DNA from: Botryllus schlosseri
Taxonomy: Eukaryota
Direction of reading: 5' to 3'
DNA length: 64,000 nucleotides
Assembly: GCA_051294905.1 (NCBI GenBank)
Contig: CM119371.1
Coordinates: 23,624,001-23,688,000, forward strand
Part shown: piece by piece, positions 37,971 to 49,385 of the stretch
Numbering within the stretch: the first letter of the stretch is position 1
How the letters are laid out: each line of letters opens with the position of its first letter
Translations under genes and position numbers: made by a program
Notes under the pieces: generated by a model
Told to the model about the DNA's origin: nothing
Seen by the model: the letters and a program-made list of their open reading frames with translations, nothing else
Databases searched by the model: none

Positions 37971-40619
37971 TATAGTTCAGTAAGCGGTAGTTTAAATACA
38001 AGTTACACCAGCTCTTCACATTCAACAACACCTCTGTTCAATGTACACTAGGGCTGTTCAAAAATAACCTTTTTTCCTGAATCTTGCAGGTTACTTGATT
38101 AAATCGTTAGGTTGCCTTGAAAAACGACGCACACCAAATTTGAATTCATTCCAACCAATATTCGCGGATTTCGTAGAGTTCGAAAATTTTGAATTTGCCT
38201 AGAAATGCAAAAAAATATTTTTTTCAAATTTTTCTGCCAACCCCATGAAATTGTTGCGCTGTATTCAAAAACGACGGAAAACAAATTTGACTCAATTCCA
38301 CGCTGCAGAAGCGGAGTTATTCAAGTTTTTTGATGATAATTCTGGGATGATCCACCAATCAAGGATAATTCCAGAATTATCAAAGAAAAACTGAAATAAC
38401 TCCACTTCTACGGCTTGGAATTGAGTCAAATTTGTTTTGCATCGTTTTTGAAGACAGCGCAACAATTTCATGGGGTTGGCAGAAAAATTTGAAATTTTTT
38501 TTTTTCGCATTTCTAGGCAAATTCAAAATTTTCAAACTCTACGAAATCCGCGAATATTGGTTGGAATGAATTCAAATTTGGTGTGCGTCGTTTTTTAAGG
38601 CAACCTAACGATTTAATCAAGTAACCTGCAAGATTCAGGAAAAAAGGTTATTTTTGAATAGCCCTAATGTACACAGATCAAGCCTCTCTTCAGCTGATAT
38701 AGCATATATAGATAGTTTTTTGAGAAAATTGGGACTGCAAAAACCGGCACATTACATAATCAATGGTGATATATGAAATGAATAAATAGACTTACATAAT
38801 CACATGTTTCCATGGGTTCTTGAGGCAAAAGTATGTATCACAAAAGATGACTGCACCGGTACAAAATCTGTTCAGATGACTGCTCAGTGCTCACGTCACT
38901 ATCAACATTGTCTGTTAGCAGAGGCACGGTGAAACCAGGGTTCTTTTCGAAGAGTCGACATCAGTTGGATGAATTTGAGGATCAATCTAAGACTGTTGAA
39001 AAGAAAATACTTGTTTTAAAAATTTGCAATACAAGGGAACTATTCAATATTCGAACAGCTTCTTCGAGGTACAAAACTTCAATATAAAATTGAATAGTAT
39101 ATAATATATTAATATATAGTATAATCGTCAGCAACTAGTGGAGAACTCGAAAGAACGTTGTACATCAACAATATTATCACAAAATAAGACATTACCAGCA
39201 TTCAGTATTTACTTACGCAGATATCAGACTGGATGTATTGTATGTGACAAAAGGGTGTCTTTCATAGAACAATTAATTATTGTAATGGAAAGTTGCATGT
39301 GACCTTAACACCAATTTTACTCCAGCCCGAGTACCATACTTTCCTGGATTGTTAATCCTTTTAGTGAAATTTTACCAGCAAACATTCATAAAAATAACCG
39401 AATGCAGCTGAATCAAATTCATTATCTAAGGATATACCAGTTTACTTACGAAACATGGCGATGCTTACCAGTATTTCAAACAACAAATCTTTTTCAAAAA
39501 AGTGCCATTTGCAATACATACTACCTGCACTTTAGGGCATTTTTCATATTCTTTCCATCGGTCGCAACCCAGGCTTGATGAGTCTCTGATTCGTGGCATG
39601 CCATGGCGGCTCTTTTTCTGTACTGGTCAAATCCAATTGCTGCTCCTAGAAAATACAATAAATACCAAAGGAAAATTGTAAATTTTATGCACAAGTAAAT
39701 ATAAATATTTCACACAGGTAATAGGTTACAGAAGCGCAGGAGAGGTGCTCAACCCCCCAGGTTGAGAACCACTGACCTAGTCCATTATAGTTCAGTAAGC
39801 AATAGTTAAAGTACAAGTTACACGAGCTCATTACTTTCAACTACATCCCTTTTCAGTGTTCAGAGTATACAGTTCACTGTACACTGTACAGTGTACACAG
39901 ATGAAGCCTTTTTCAGCTCATATCGAATAGTCCGTAAGCTACTCTGCGAGATAGTTCGTGAGAAAAGTAGGACTGCAAAAACCAGCAAATTACATAATCA
40001 ATGGTGATATATAAATTGAATAAATAGGCTTACATAATCACATGTATCCATGGGTTCTTGAGAAGGTCTGCATCGCATAAGATGACTGTGCTGGCACAAA
40101 ACCCGTTACGAACGACTCCTCACGTCACTGTCAACATTGTCTGATAGCGCAGGTACGGTAGACCCAGGGGGCTCTTTTTAAAGAGTAGACATCAGTTGGA
40201 CGAATTTGAGGATCAATCCAAGACTATCGAAAAGAAAATATTTGTTGCGAAAATTCGCAATACAAATGAACTGCTCAGTAATCACGCAGATATCATACTG
40301 GATACAGTTATTTTTTTCTGCAACAAGTTGTACGTGACAGAAGGGTGTCTTTAATGGAATAGAAAGTTGCACATGACGTTACCACCAATTTTACTCCGGC
40401 ACAGTTAGTATACTTTCTGAATTGTTAACAATTTCTGTGAAATTTTATCAGCAAACATTCATAAAAATCTTTATCACAAAGATAACCGATTGCAACATAA
40501 TCAAATTCATTCTCTAAGGATATACCAGTTCACTTTACAAAACACCGTGATGCTTACCAGTATTCCATACAGCAAATGCATATCAAAAAGGTGCCAAGTT
40601 CAATACATACTACCTGCAA
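37971..40619. repeat. Diverged internal direct duplication (about 37971-39530 vs 39787-40619; also about 35266-35475 vs 39555-39745)
   Basis: Shared blocks such as TATAGTTCAGTAAGC, GGACTGCAAAAACC, GAATTTGAGGATCAATC, GATGCTTACCAGTATT and TCTCTGATTCGTGGC. Confidence 0.85.
38049..38666. mobile_element. Fully palindromic hAT-type MITE
   Basis: TAGGGCTGTTCAAAAATAACC...GGTTATTTTTGAATAGCCCTA; exact TSD ATGTACAC; empty site in the duplicate near 39891; degenerate relative at about 45150-45443. Confidence 0.95.
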
Positions 40620-41466
40620 AATAGAGTTTAGTTCAGTTACCGTATCACAATAAACTCAGAAAAGTCAAATGGGGGATTGGGCAGAACAAATACTACCCCT
40701 TGTGATCCATGGTTTGTTGAAAAGATTGTTTGTTTGGCTGTGCTATTATTGGGGCGATTTTTTGGACCTAAAAAGGTAAGACTTTGAGTAAAAAATTCAA
40801 ATTCACACATATTTTGATGATGAAAAACTTAATTTTGACCCCATGTACTTAAATTAGGTGTTTCTCACATAGTGTTAGAATTGTATTACCGGAACTTATC
40901 TTTATTTCTGACTGGGGCTGTCTGTTCTTCCGAAGTAATTTGACCTGAAAAAAATCTTTTAGCATGAAAATTGACAAATTTTTACATGAAAAAGAACTTA
41001 TTTTATCGAAATCTCGACCCATGAATAATTCTAGTATTAGTTACATCTCGTATTATGGTAGAAATAATTAAAAATTTGTTGTAGTACAACGAAAGATACT
41101 TTCCTACATTTTCGGGTAGAAAGTGTCTGTCCTAACTAAGTAGCGTGGCAAGAATTAAGAAAGAACGTTCACCAGCTGCAGTTGTTGGCCGGCAACACTG
41201 AAGTTGTGCGTCCACTGCACTCTTTCTCTCATTATGACAAAGTTGTCTACATCGCAATTTTTCATCATACGGTTTCTAATAGAAAAACCAATGCCCACGC
41301 AGTCTTGCTTCAGTTAGGATAGTGCAATAGGCTATGTTGAGTATTTGTTTCATTTGACAATTTATGATTCACAATGACCAGACGATGGTCCGTCTACAAC
41401 GGTGGGACTATAAAGTGGGCTACAAGATGTAAATTGTAAAATGATAAGTTCACCGACAGTGCAATT

Positions 41467-42048
41467 ATAGAATGTAAACGTGGAATGGCAGCGACCGATT
41501 TTGCAGCCTCGTTCCGCTTCGCTGAAGCTTTACTCAGACTTATTTTACGGCAGCTACTGTAGGATTTATGGCAATCCAAAAGTCGTCTTCCAGAGCGTAG
41601 AATTACCTGAATCTGGTATTGATCGAAAGCTACTGTCACACTGACTCAGAAAATGTAAATGAAAATATGATCAGGCACTGAACCGCTTAGAATTCGCCCT
41701 TCAAGTCTGAATTATCGGCATTGTCCGAACAATCGAAGAGCCGCAATGGGTCATTGTTATGGTCATTGTTGTGCGTTCATCCGATTGTTCTGAACAATGC
41801 AAATTTTAGATGTTGAGGGTGATTTGTCATCTAAGTGCGGAGCCTGACCCTATTTTGATTGATATTTTCGGAATCCGTGCGACAGTAGCTTTCGATCAAG
41901 ACCAGATTCAGTAAATTCTGAGCTCTGGAAGACAACTTTTGGATTGTCATAAATCCTACAGTAGCTGCCGTAAAATAATGAGTAAAGCTTCAGTGAAGCG
42001 GAATGAAGCTGCAAAATCGGTCGCTGCCGTTCCACGTTTACATTCTAT
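41467..42048. mobile_element. Fold-back MITE, possibly Mutator-like
   Basis: ATAGAATGTAAACGTGGAA...TTCCACGTTTACATTCTAT, arms over 190 bp; flanks AGTGCAATT and AGTGCAATC (8/9 match). Confidence 0.85.
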
Positions 42049-42641
42049 AGTGCAATCATCTATGATACAAACGAAATGCAAGTTGCCAACAAAATTTTGA
42101 TTTTGTAAAGAATTTTGGCAATTTTTGACCTAACGGTACAATTTTGACAAAATTTTGACCTTATTTTGACATGTCAAAAAAAATCGCTTTAGTTAACACC
42201 TTACCACTTAGAATAAACAGGACAGTGTAAAATGTGTTGCAGTTGAAAAACAATGAAAACCGTTGCATGACTGTCATACCGGCATTCAATTGCTGACGTT
42301 GCAGTACTTGTCCACAATGGACCACAATATCGCCTACATAGGGATATTTCAGTGTGGATAAAGAGAACATCCCTTTATCCTTATGTCAAAAAAGTTACTT
42401 CTATAGCAGCTTCCCATCAGTACCGTAGTACTGGACCTGGTCGCAGCATGATATATTATCAGATTCGAAGCTCGATCATCCAGCAATAAGATCAGACGAA
42501 TCATATACTACAAAACATCTAAAGAACATTCATATGAATGAGCGATATCAGTAGCCTACTAAAACATCTAAAACAAACGACCTTACTGCAATGTCAAAAC
42601 GAGTTCATTTTATGACTATTCTCACATTACATATATTCAAT

Positions 42642-45600
42642 TGGGCTCGAAAGTCACGTGACTTTTCAGCATAGCAACCACCGTCTGGGGCCAAGCGCGT
42701 TTCTGGTATCATCTTCTCTGCGACAGTAATGCATTTGTATGTCGCAATTTCTGCTACTGCGCTGGTCTTTGCTGTCACATTATGTGTTTGTGTTACAGGA
42801 TTGATTTTTTTTCGTGCAGATAGATGACAATGTATAGTATTCAATTAACATGATGGAGTATAGAGCAGTTTAAGATAGCCTATGTCAAACAAGTAATTCC
42901 AAGGTTTAGTACTTTCATCTGGACCTACTAACTATTCATCGTATGGCTGCAGCATTATTATGCTTCAAGTGTATACTTATCGACACGGAGACAGTGATCA
43001 GTCAACATCGGAGATTATTAATATTGTAACATTACCAAACCGTGTTAAATTTGATTTCAGATGGATTGGGTTAAGCTACTTTTACGATTTGCGAGTTCTT
43101 CAAAAATAATCCGAATCTAGTCAAAAGAAGTCAAAATGATTTAGACAACGACCATCCAATATCAGCAATGTATGGTGGTGATGGCAGAGAATTGGGAAAT
43201 ATTCAGTTCAGCCATGAGTATAATGAAAGTTTATGACGTAGAGGTTGGTAACTGCAAAATTACCTGAAAGATTGGGGAAGCGTTGGAATTGAGTTCGAAT
43301 CCCACTTGACGCAAGTGGGTCGGAGGCTTATCTGGACTCCCCACTGCTTACCTAACTACATGAGCAGCGTCATGTAATCAAGCCCAGATGGCTAAGTAAA
43401 GCCGATGAGGCTCAAAAAATCGGCACCACTTACGAGGACGTATGGAAGCAAGCAAGAGAAGAAAGAAAGAAAAAGCTTATCAAAAAGCAAAGAGACCCTT
43501 GAACTTTAAAGCATTTATGTTGTGGTGCAAACAGACGATCATCATCATCATCATCATTGGTTTATTAGCAATTTTATCAGTTCAATACACCACAAAATGC
43601 GATACAATGAAAAGACAGGAAGATGTCGAAGCGACTTGGAGTAGTCTATGGAATTAGACACCCATCTTGACCTAGGCGATGTAAAGAGGAGGCATGCACA
43701 CTGAATGAAAGTAAAGAAGATAGTATTTCCACCTTTTCAGAGTACTATGTACTATTGCATACTTGCCGGAGTGTTATATTTTTTAAAGTAGTTTTAGGAC
43801 ATGTTTGAGACACTTTTGTGATGTGTGTATTGATAGATATCAAGTGTCCCTATTCTACCAAATCAAGATCATTAATAGACTTGAGCGTTTAGAAGAAAGT
43901 CTTCATTTTGAAATGAGTCGGTGATACTATAGTACTTGCCCAGCATCACAAGTACTTTGACAAGTGCAGGGCAGCTTGTGCATTGCATACTCAAAACTTA
44001 TGCCATTTCTTCGTTTTTGACCCGACGATTCCCTCAAGATTCTGAATAGAAGAACTACCTAATTCTGATATAATAATATTTCCACAACAATACTTTCCTA
44101 ATCTTGCATAGTTGCATACTCTCGCTTGATTTTACAAAATTCTAAGAGTGCTGACAAAATCAATAACTGGCCAATAAATTCGACAAATTCACAACTTGAG
44201 AATGTATTTCCTTTGTACCGAGAATGAAACAAATAGAATGTAGGTATTGGTCACAGATTAGGTATTCCTGATTAATGTTGCCAACTTGCCATAAACGGAT
44301 GCAGTTTTGACTTAAGCTATACACTGCTACTGTGGAGGTAGTCTTAAACTGACGACTCACTTAAACACACAGAGTTGGCTTGAAAATGGGCAGCCATAAG
44401 CAATACAATCGATAGGACTGTGTTGGTATATCGAAATTGACGAGAATAACAGCAAGCAGTGTAACTGTGAGTACTCCATGGCAATGTGTAGTTATTGCGT
44501 TTCTGCATCGAATCGACGTAAGTATCTTCCATTGACAAGCCAAGATCCTGAACGGCGGTTGTGTAAATTTACGGTGCTCTAGCCCTGAGAACGACGGTAA
44601 GGGATACCAGGTTTGTTGGGTCCGTATGGTTACGAGGCTGGTCTCACACAAATGACCTACTGGTGGCATTGATGTACCATATGTCGACAACAATGTCAGT
44701 TCCTTCCAAGCGTTTTGCGTGGATTTCTACAAGTTCAGGAAGTATATGTGGTCCCGACTTTTAAGGCCGGTAGCGTCTTGAAGTGTGTCGCTCCACCTCC
44801 CTACGGTGACGTCATTCCATAGACAGTTGAGCTGCATTTTCTCACAGTTCAAGGGGTAGATAGCGTGCGTGTGCTTCTCGTTCTTGCGATAAAGGAGATG
44901 GTGTCTTCTGGAGAGCAGTTTTTGGCTGAGATACCAATTGCATCATGCAAGATGCCGGGATCAGAGATGCCCCGGATATGGTTTACATATAGCGCACAGT
45001 GCAACTTCACTAGCACAGCAATCAGGTACAGATTAGTGAGGCTAGCATCAATGTTTGCATTGATTTGTTAAACATCTAAAAGTATCTATAAAGAAAATAA
45101 AATAGTTATGAATTACCCTCTGATTTTTGTTCAAGAAATTTGTGTAAATTTTGTATAGAGCAATGCAAAAGCTACTAAAAGTAGAAAATTTTTAATTTGG
45201 CTCAACTAGCCAAATTTGCTATACATTTTTTGAAAACTCAACAATTTCATGGCATAGCCAGTAAAATTTAATAAAACTATTATATTTTTTCAATAAATTC
45301 AATTTTTTTTGAAAATCTGATAGCTTCACTTCTGCATGTTGGAATTGAGTCAAATCTAGTGTGCAACCTTTTTTCAAGCCACCTAACAATTTTGTTCATG
45401 AGCCAGTGAAATTTGAAAAAAAAGGTATTTTTGAACAACACTGATGTATAGAAACTTGACCAAAATTTAGAAAAACATTGGCAACAGTGCCAGTACTAAA
45501 TTATAGGAAGTAGTGTCATGAGTAACAGCAAGACCTGGTTACATTCCAGTTAGAATGATACCAAATTGTAAATTGCTGCATCATAAAAAAAAAAGTCGAA

Positions 45601-46332
45601 AGTACGGTACTCTTGTCCTTGTCCGGCAATAGCAGTCTTCTCAGCACTATCCTTGAAACAATCAATAACTTCCTTCTGATTGGCATGGTTAAATTTAAAT
45701 TTGGCTGACCGAAATTCTTGATTATCTTTTTCGATAAATGGCACAGATATCTTAAAAGCTAACCGATGCCTGCAGTTGATGCATCTATTCTTAGGCCACT
45801 TTCACTATATAAACACTTTAAAAAAAAATCTAATAATTGTGGCTTATCTTAAATCATTTGCTATTGAAGCTGACTCGATTACGCTGTCTTGGGGCACACG
45901 AGATACCGGTATGACATTTGATACCACCAAACAAACAAGTCAACATAGTTCAAATGTTAATTATATTTATCATTCTCACTAGCTTTATTAATTTCAGTCA
46001 CTTTCCTGTCGTTTTCTGGCAATTCAGAAGTCGATGGAAAGACTACTCCGGATTGTTTTCTCATCCATTATAACAAATTGGCACGTTATACCCTGGCATT
46101 TTGCGCAGCTGCAAAACAACATAATCCTACCTAGTTAGTATCTAAAAGTCCTGAAACTAGCTAATAAGTCATAGAAGATAACATAAAACCCAGAACTGTA
46201 CTTCAAACAACCTCACTGAGACAGAAAATACGATTTAAAAACAGACCAATATCGCAAATTAACACAGGCAGCGGCTATCTCAGATAGTTGTTTGGCCCCA
46301 GCGAAGCAGAAGTCACGTGACTTTCGAGCCCA
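42642..46332 (-). mobile_element. 3.7-kb TIR element with a decayed KDZ (Kyakuja-Dileera-Zisupton)-like transposase
   Basis: TIR TGGGCTCGAAAGTCACGTGACTT at both ends with AT flanks. Minus-strand remnants in order: CSCAKCQGITCQFVIMD, WYPLPS, HCHGV, YRLYCLWLPIFKPT, KEIHSQVV. Confidence 0.6.
43270..43557 (+). mobile_element. Possible tRNA-derived SINE fragment
   Basis: B-box-like GAGTTCGAATCCC at 43291-43303, a GC-richer body and an (ATC)n tail. Confidence 0.4.
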
Positions 46333-46868
46333 ATAACATTTACCGCATTTCCATACCTTACAGTACATGGATGTTACGATCCTTTACGCCATCAGGTAGT
46401 AGAAACTGCTTCAATATATCCATTTCGTCAAGTTTTATCGTGTACCCTACTCTCTGCCTGAAGCCTGACGAACCACTAATTCAAATCCAAACTTAAATCG
46501 AGCGCGCTCTACCGTAACGAAGGTGGTGACCCCTCTGCGTCACGGAGGAATATGTATATTTCAATGAAATATTACCCTTAAACTTAGTGCTGGGTCAAGT
46601 GAGTAATATTATTTTACATATAACATGATTTAATGTGATCTCCAAGCGTACCGATGGTTTATCAATGCGAAATTGATGATACATTATCAAGTATAAATTT
46701 TCTTGAAAATAAGCCGCAGTGGCGAAGTGTTACAAGTAAACGGAGAAATACGCAGAAGCGTTGCGACGATAATGGCCCAATGCGTTTATATGCCCAAAAA
46801 GTGTGTCTGTACGCAGAAAAAAGTGTTATGAAGTGTTCAATACGACCTTGCGGATTTACAGTGTAATA

Positions 46869-47227
46869 TAGGCTAACCATATTTTGGAAATAGAAAGAGA
46901 GGACACTTTTCAGAAATTCGAGACTTGCAAAAACGGCGAAGAATTTTCAAAAACCGGTGAATTTTTCTCACTTCGTGATCGGTTGACTAAAACAAAAAAA
47001 AGGTCAACTTGCCGCTCAGAGCTCAAATCACCGTTTCACTTTGAAATACCCGCCGGAGCGTCACTTCTGTGCTGATTTACGGCATATCACTCGCAATTTG
47101 CTCTAAATGTGACCTAAATTTTCCAATAAGAGGACAAATCTCAAAAAAGAGGACAAAAGGGGGTCCTCCGAGGACACTTTCAAAAAAGAGGACACATCCT
47201 CCTAAAAGAGGACGTATGGTAACCCTA
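46869..47227. mobile_element. Short hAT-type MITE (AAAAGAGGAC repeats)
   Basis: TIR TAGGCTAACCATA / TATGGTAACCCTA. Right TSD is ATGTAATA; the left TSD is split as ATGTA (34027-34031) plus ATA (46866-46868). Confidence 0.88.
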
Positions 47228-47708
47228 ATGTAATATATCCTAAATCGTTATATGTCTTGGTGCGTCGTGTCGCGGTATTGGCAAACGCCGATATGTCCAT
47301 TTCTAAAAATCTTTCGTGTTCATTTCTTGGGGGGAGAGTACCAAAAAATCATGATATTTGGCACCTTGAAATCGCGCGGAGGGCGAAAATTTTTTAAAAA
47401 GTTGCATAAATTTTCAAAAAATATTCTATAATTTATGCTAATTCACGAAATAATTTGGGGCCCCCTTCGAGCTCGGGGTGCGGCAGTTACGGTCCCGATT
47501 TTAGTATTGATACACACAGATTAGCGAGTGCACATTGAGATAATTAATACAACATACTAAATGTTGGAGGTTTATCTAGGCTACTCCTCACCATCTCATC
47601 CATGTAAGCGGTGTCTTACAGAAAGCCTATAAGTGGGCCGTTCTACAAGTCGGCAGCTATACGGAATAAAAATAAGGAATATTGGCCTGTCTTGAGATGG
47701 GGGAATGA

Positions 47709-48155
47709 GAAAATATTATATTCCGATAAACTTGATCGACACCGGATGGACTGCTCACGAGTGTACCAATATCGAACGTCAAACCATTGGCCATTTGGTA
47801 CAAATCGAATTTTTATTGATCAGGCCGTGATCTTCGCTCATATTGCTCTTACTACTGTTACAGTTGAATAATATTCGCTTATTTAAAGATGGAATTGAGC
47901 TGTATGGCTTAGTGTTAACGAGTACAGTGCCAGTGTTAAAACGGCGCATCAGAATTTTCATACCGTACACAGAAATGGCATGGAGTAAATTGCGTTCTGG
48001 TGCAACTACGATGCTGTTATGGGCAATTGACAAGTATTCACAATGACGTCACAAGCTGACATGGCGGCACCTATGCATTTGTTGCTGCATCCGATGTTAC
48101 TGACGGCTGACAGACTCTAGATTACTATAGATAACTAACCTACGGGTAAATTAGT
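47709..48155. repeat. Dispersed repeat, paralog of 15860-16270 plus 17529-17569
   Basis: Colinear sequence with matching ORF translations (15930..16181 vs 47779..48033). Confidence 0.9.
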
Positions 48156-48411
48156 TGTATTGTTCTTGATCTTGTTTAAACAATGACTCAATACGACGAG
48201 GTTACAATATGAAATCAGTATATTATCAGCAGAATACCTCTAAGAGAGGCGACACGATCCAGAGTACAGTTAAACGAAGGACTACGTGAAAACAGAACAC
48301 ATGGTATAAATACAAGCACGACACACGAGGAAATAATGATTGGCTGTAATTACTAATCCCATAGAAAGAAAGAGTTGTGCGACACCAAGACGCAAATGCA
48401 CGAACATTACA
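48156..48411 (-). mobile_element. 256-bp 3' LTR of a second Gypsy element
   Basis: Minus strand TGTAATGTTC...GAACAATACA, immediately preceded by the PPT AGGGGAGGAC (48412-48421). Confidence 0.85.
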
Positions 48412-48675
48412 GTCCTCCCCTATACGTTGAGAGGGTTGCCCACATTTACGTAGGTCTGTAGAAATCGGTTGACTTTCTATGTCTACGCGGATAATGTCTA
48501 CCCGACGTAGGAACAGGACTAGATGTAGAACGTTGTGCCCTATATCTAACCAATGGTTGCTCAACTTGTGGTTGCCGAGGCTGAGCAACTTCCTGCGTGG
48601 CTGTATTATTGCCAGCTGAAATCAAGCGTGGTTGGAGTTGGTTCTATTGCCTTCTCCAATACCCATGATCTGTTT

Positions 48676-49385
48676 TTATAATGTACAGTAGTGCACAACA
48701 CGTCCAAGTATTTCCGTCACCACGGCAGCAACCCACTTTGGTCCGCGTCGGTAACTGCGAGCGTAAACCGAGGAACCAATCTCGAAATGAGTGACTGATT
48801 GTCCAGGCGTAACAGGTTTCCATTTATCGAAGGACGAGCACAAACTTAACAAATTGCGCGGCTGACGACCATGTAAAATCTCAGCAGGCGTTTTCCAGTC
48901 TATGCCCGGGTGCGGTCCACATCGGTACGTAGCGAGAAGTGTTTGGAGCGCGAAGTTGAGATCTTTTCCCCCGTCGCAATTGTTTATCACTCCAGCTTTC
49001 AAAGTATGGACGAAAGGCTCCGCTTCCCCGTTCGAGGCAGGGTGAAAAGATGGGGATACAATATGGCTGATTGCCCAATTCGTACAAAACGTATCGAATT
49101 CATTCGATGTGAATTGCGGCCCACCATCCGTGACAATTGTTATGGGCAAGCCTTCGATAGAAAAGACTTCCCTCAATGCGTTGACTACACACAAGGTTGT
49201 GGTAGATCCGACATTCGTTACTTTAACGAAAGGATATTTCGAATGCGCATCGACGACGACAAGAAACATTTTATTGTTTATTGGACTTGCCAAATCCAAG
49301 TGAATTCGTTCAAAAAGCTTTCAGAAGTTTTTGGCCATCCGTGATACTGACGAACAGGCGCTTTCATTACCTTACGGCAAGGGTC
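48676..49385 (-). pseudogene. Ty3/Gypsy integrase core fragment (5'-truncated, frameshifted)
   Basis: WPKTSESF, a frameshift, then ERIHLDLASP...VVVDAHSKYP...IVTDGGPQF...HPASNGEAE...TPAEILHGRQPR. Confidence 0.92.

Larger units (their letters stand above)
34032..46863. mobile_element. 12.8-kb CACTG-ended (CMC/EnSpm-like) non-autonomous element with decayed spliced ORF remnants on the minus strand
   Basis: TIR CACTGTAAAT / ATTTACAGTG, TA TSD, and AAGTGTT subterminal repeats at both ends. Removing it restores the 8-bp TSD of the neighbouring MITE. Confidence 0.85.
33303..47497. mobile_element. CAGGGCCGTAAC-family MITE, copy 2, split by about 13 kb of nested insertions
   Basis: 33303-34031 and 47228-47497 are colinear with 28542-29842; flanks ATTTTAGC and ATTTTAGT (7/8 match). 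Confidence 0.88.

Noticed and set aside
34882..39774. Pairing CAGTGGTTCT (34882) with GAGAACCACTG (39774) as one element
   Set aside because: The flanks CATTAGGG and ACCTAGTC do not form a TSD.
43270..43330. tRNA gene
   Set aside because: Only a B-box/T-arm-like motif is present and no cloverleaf; better explained as a SINE head.
48676..49385. Missing integrase of the 21990-26245 Gypsy element
   Set aside because: It lies upstream in element orientation, is more decayed, has its own PPT and LTR, and looks like a different Gypsy lineage.
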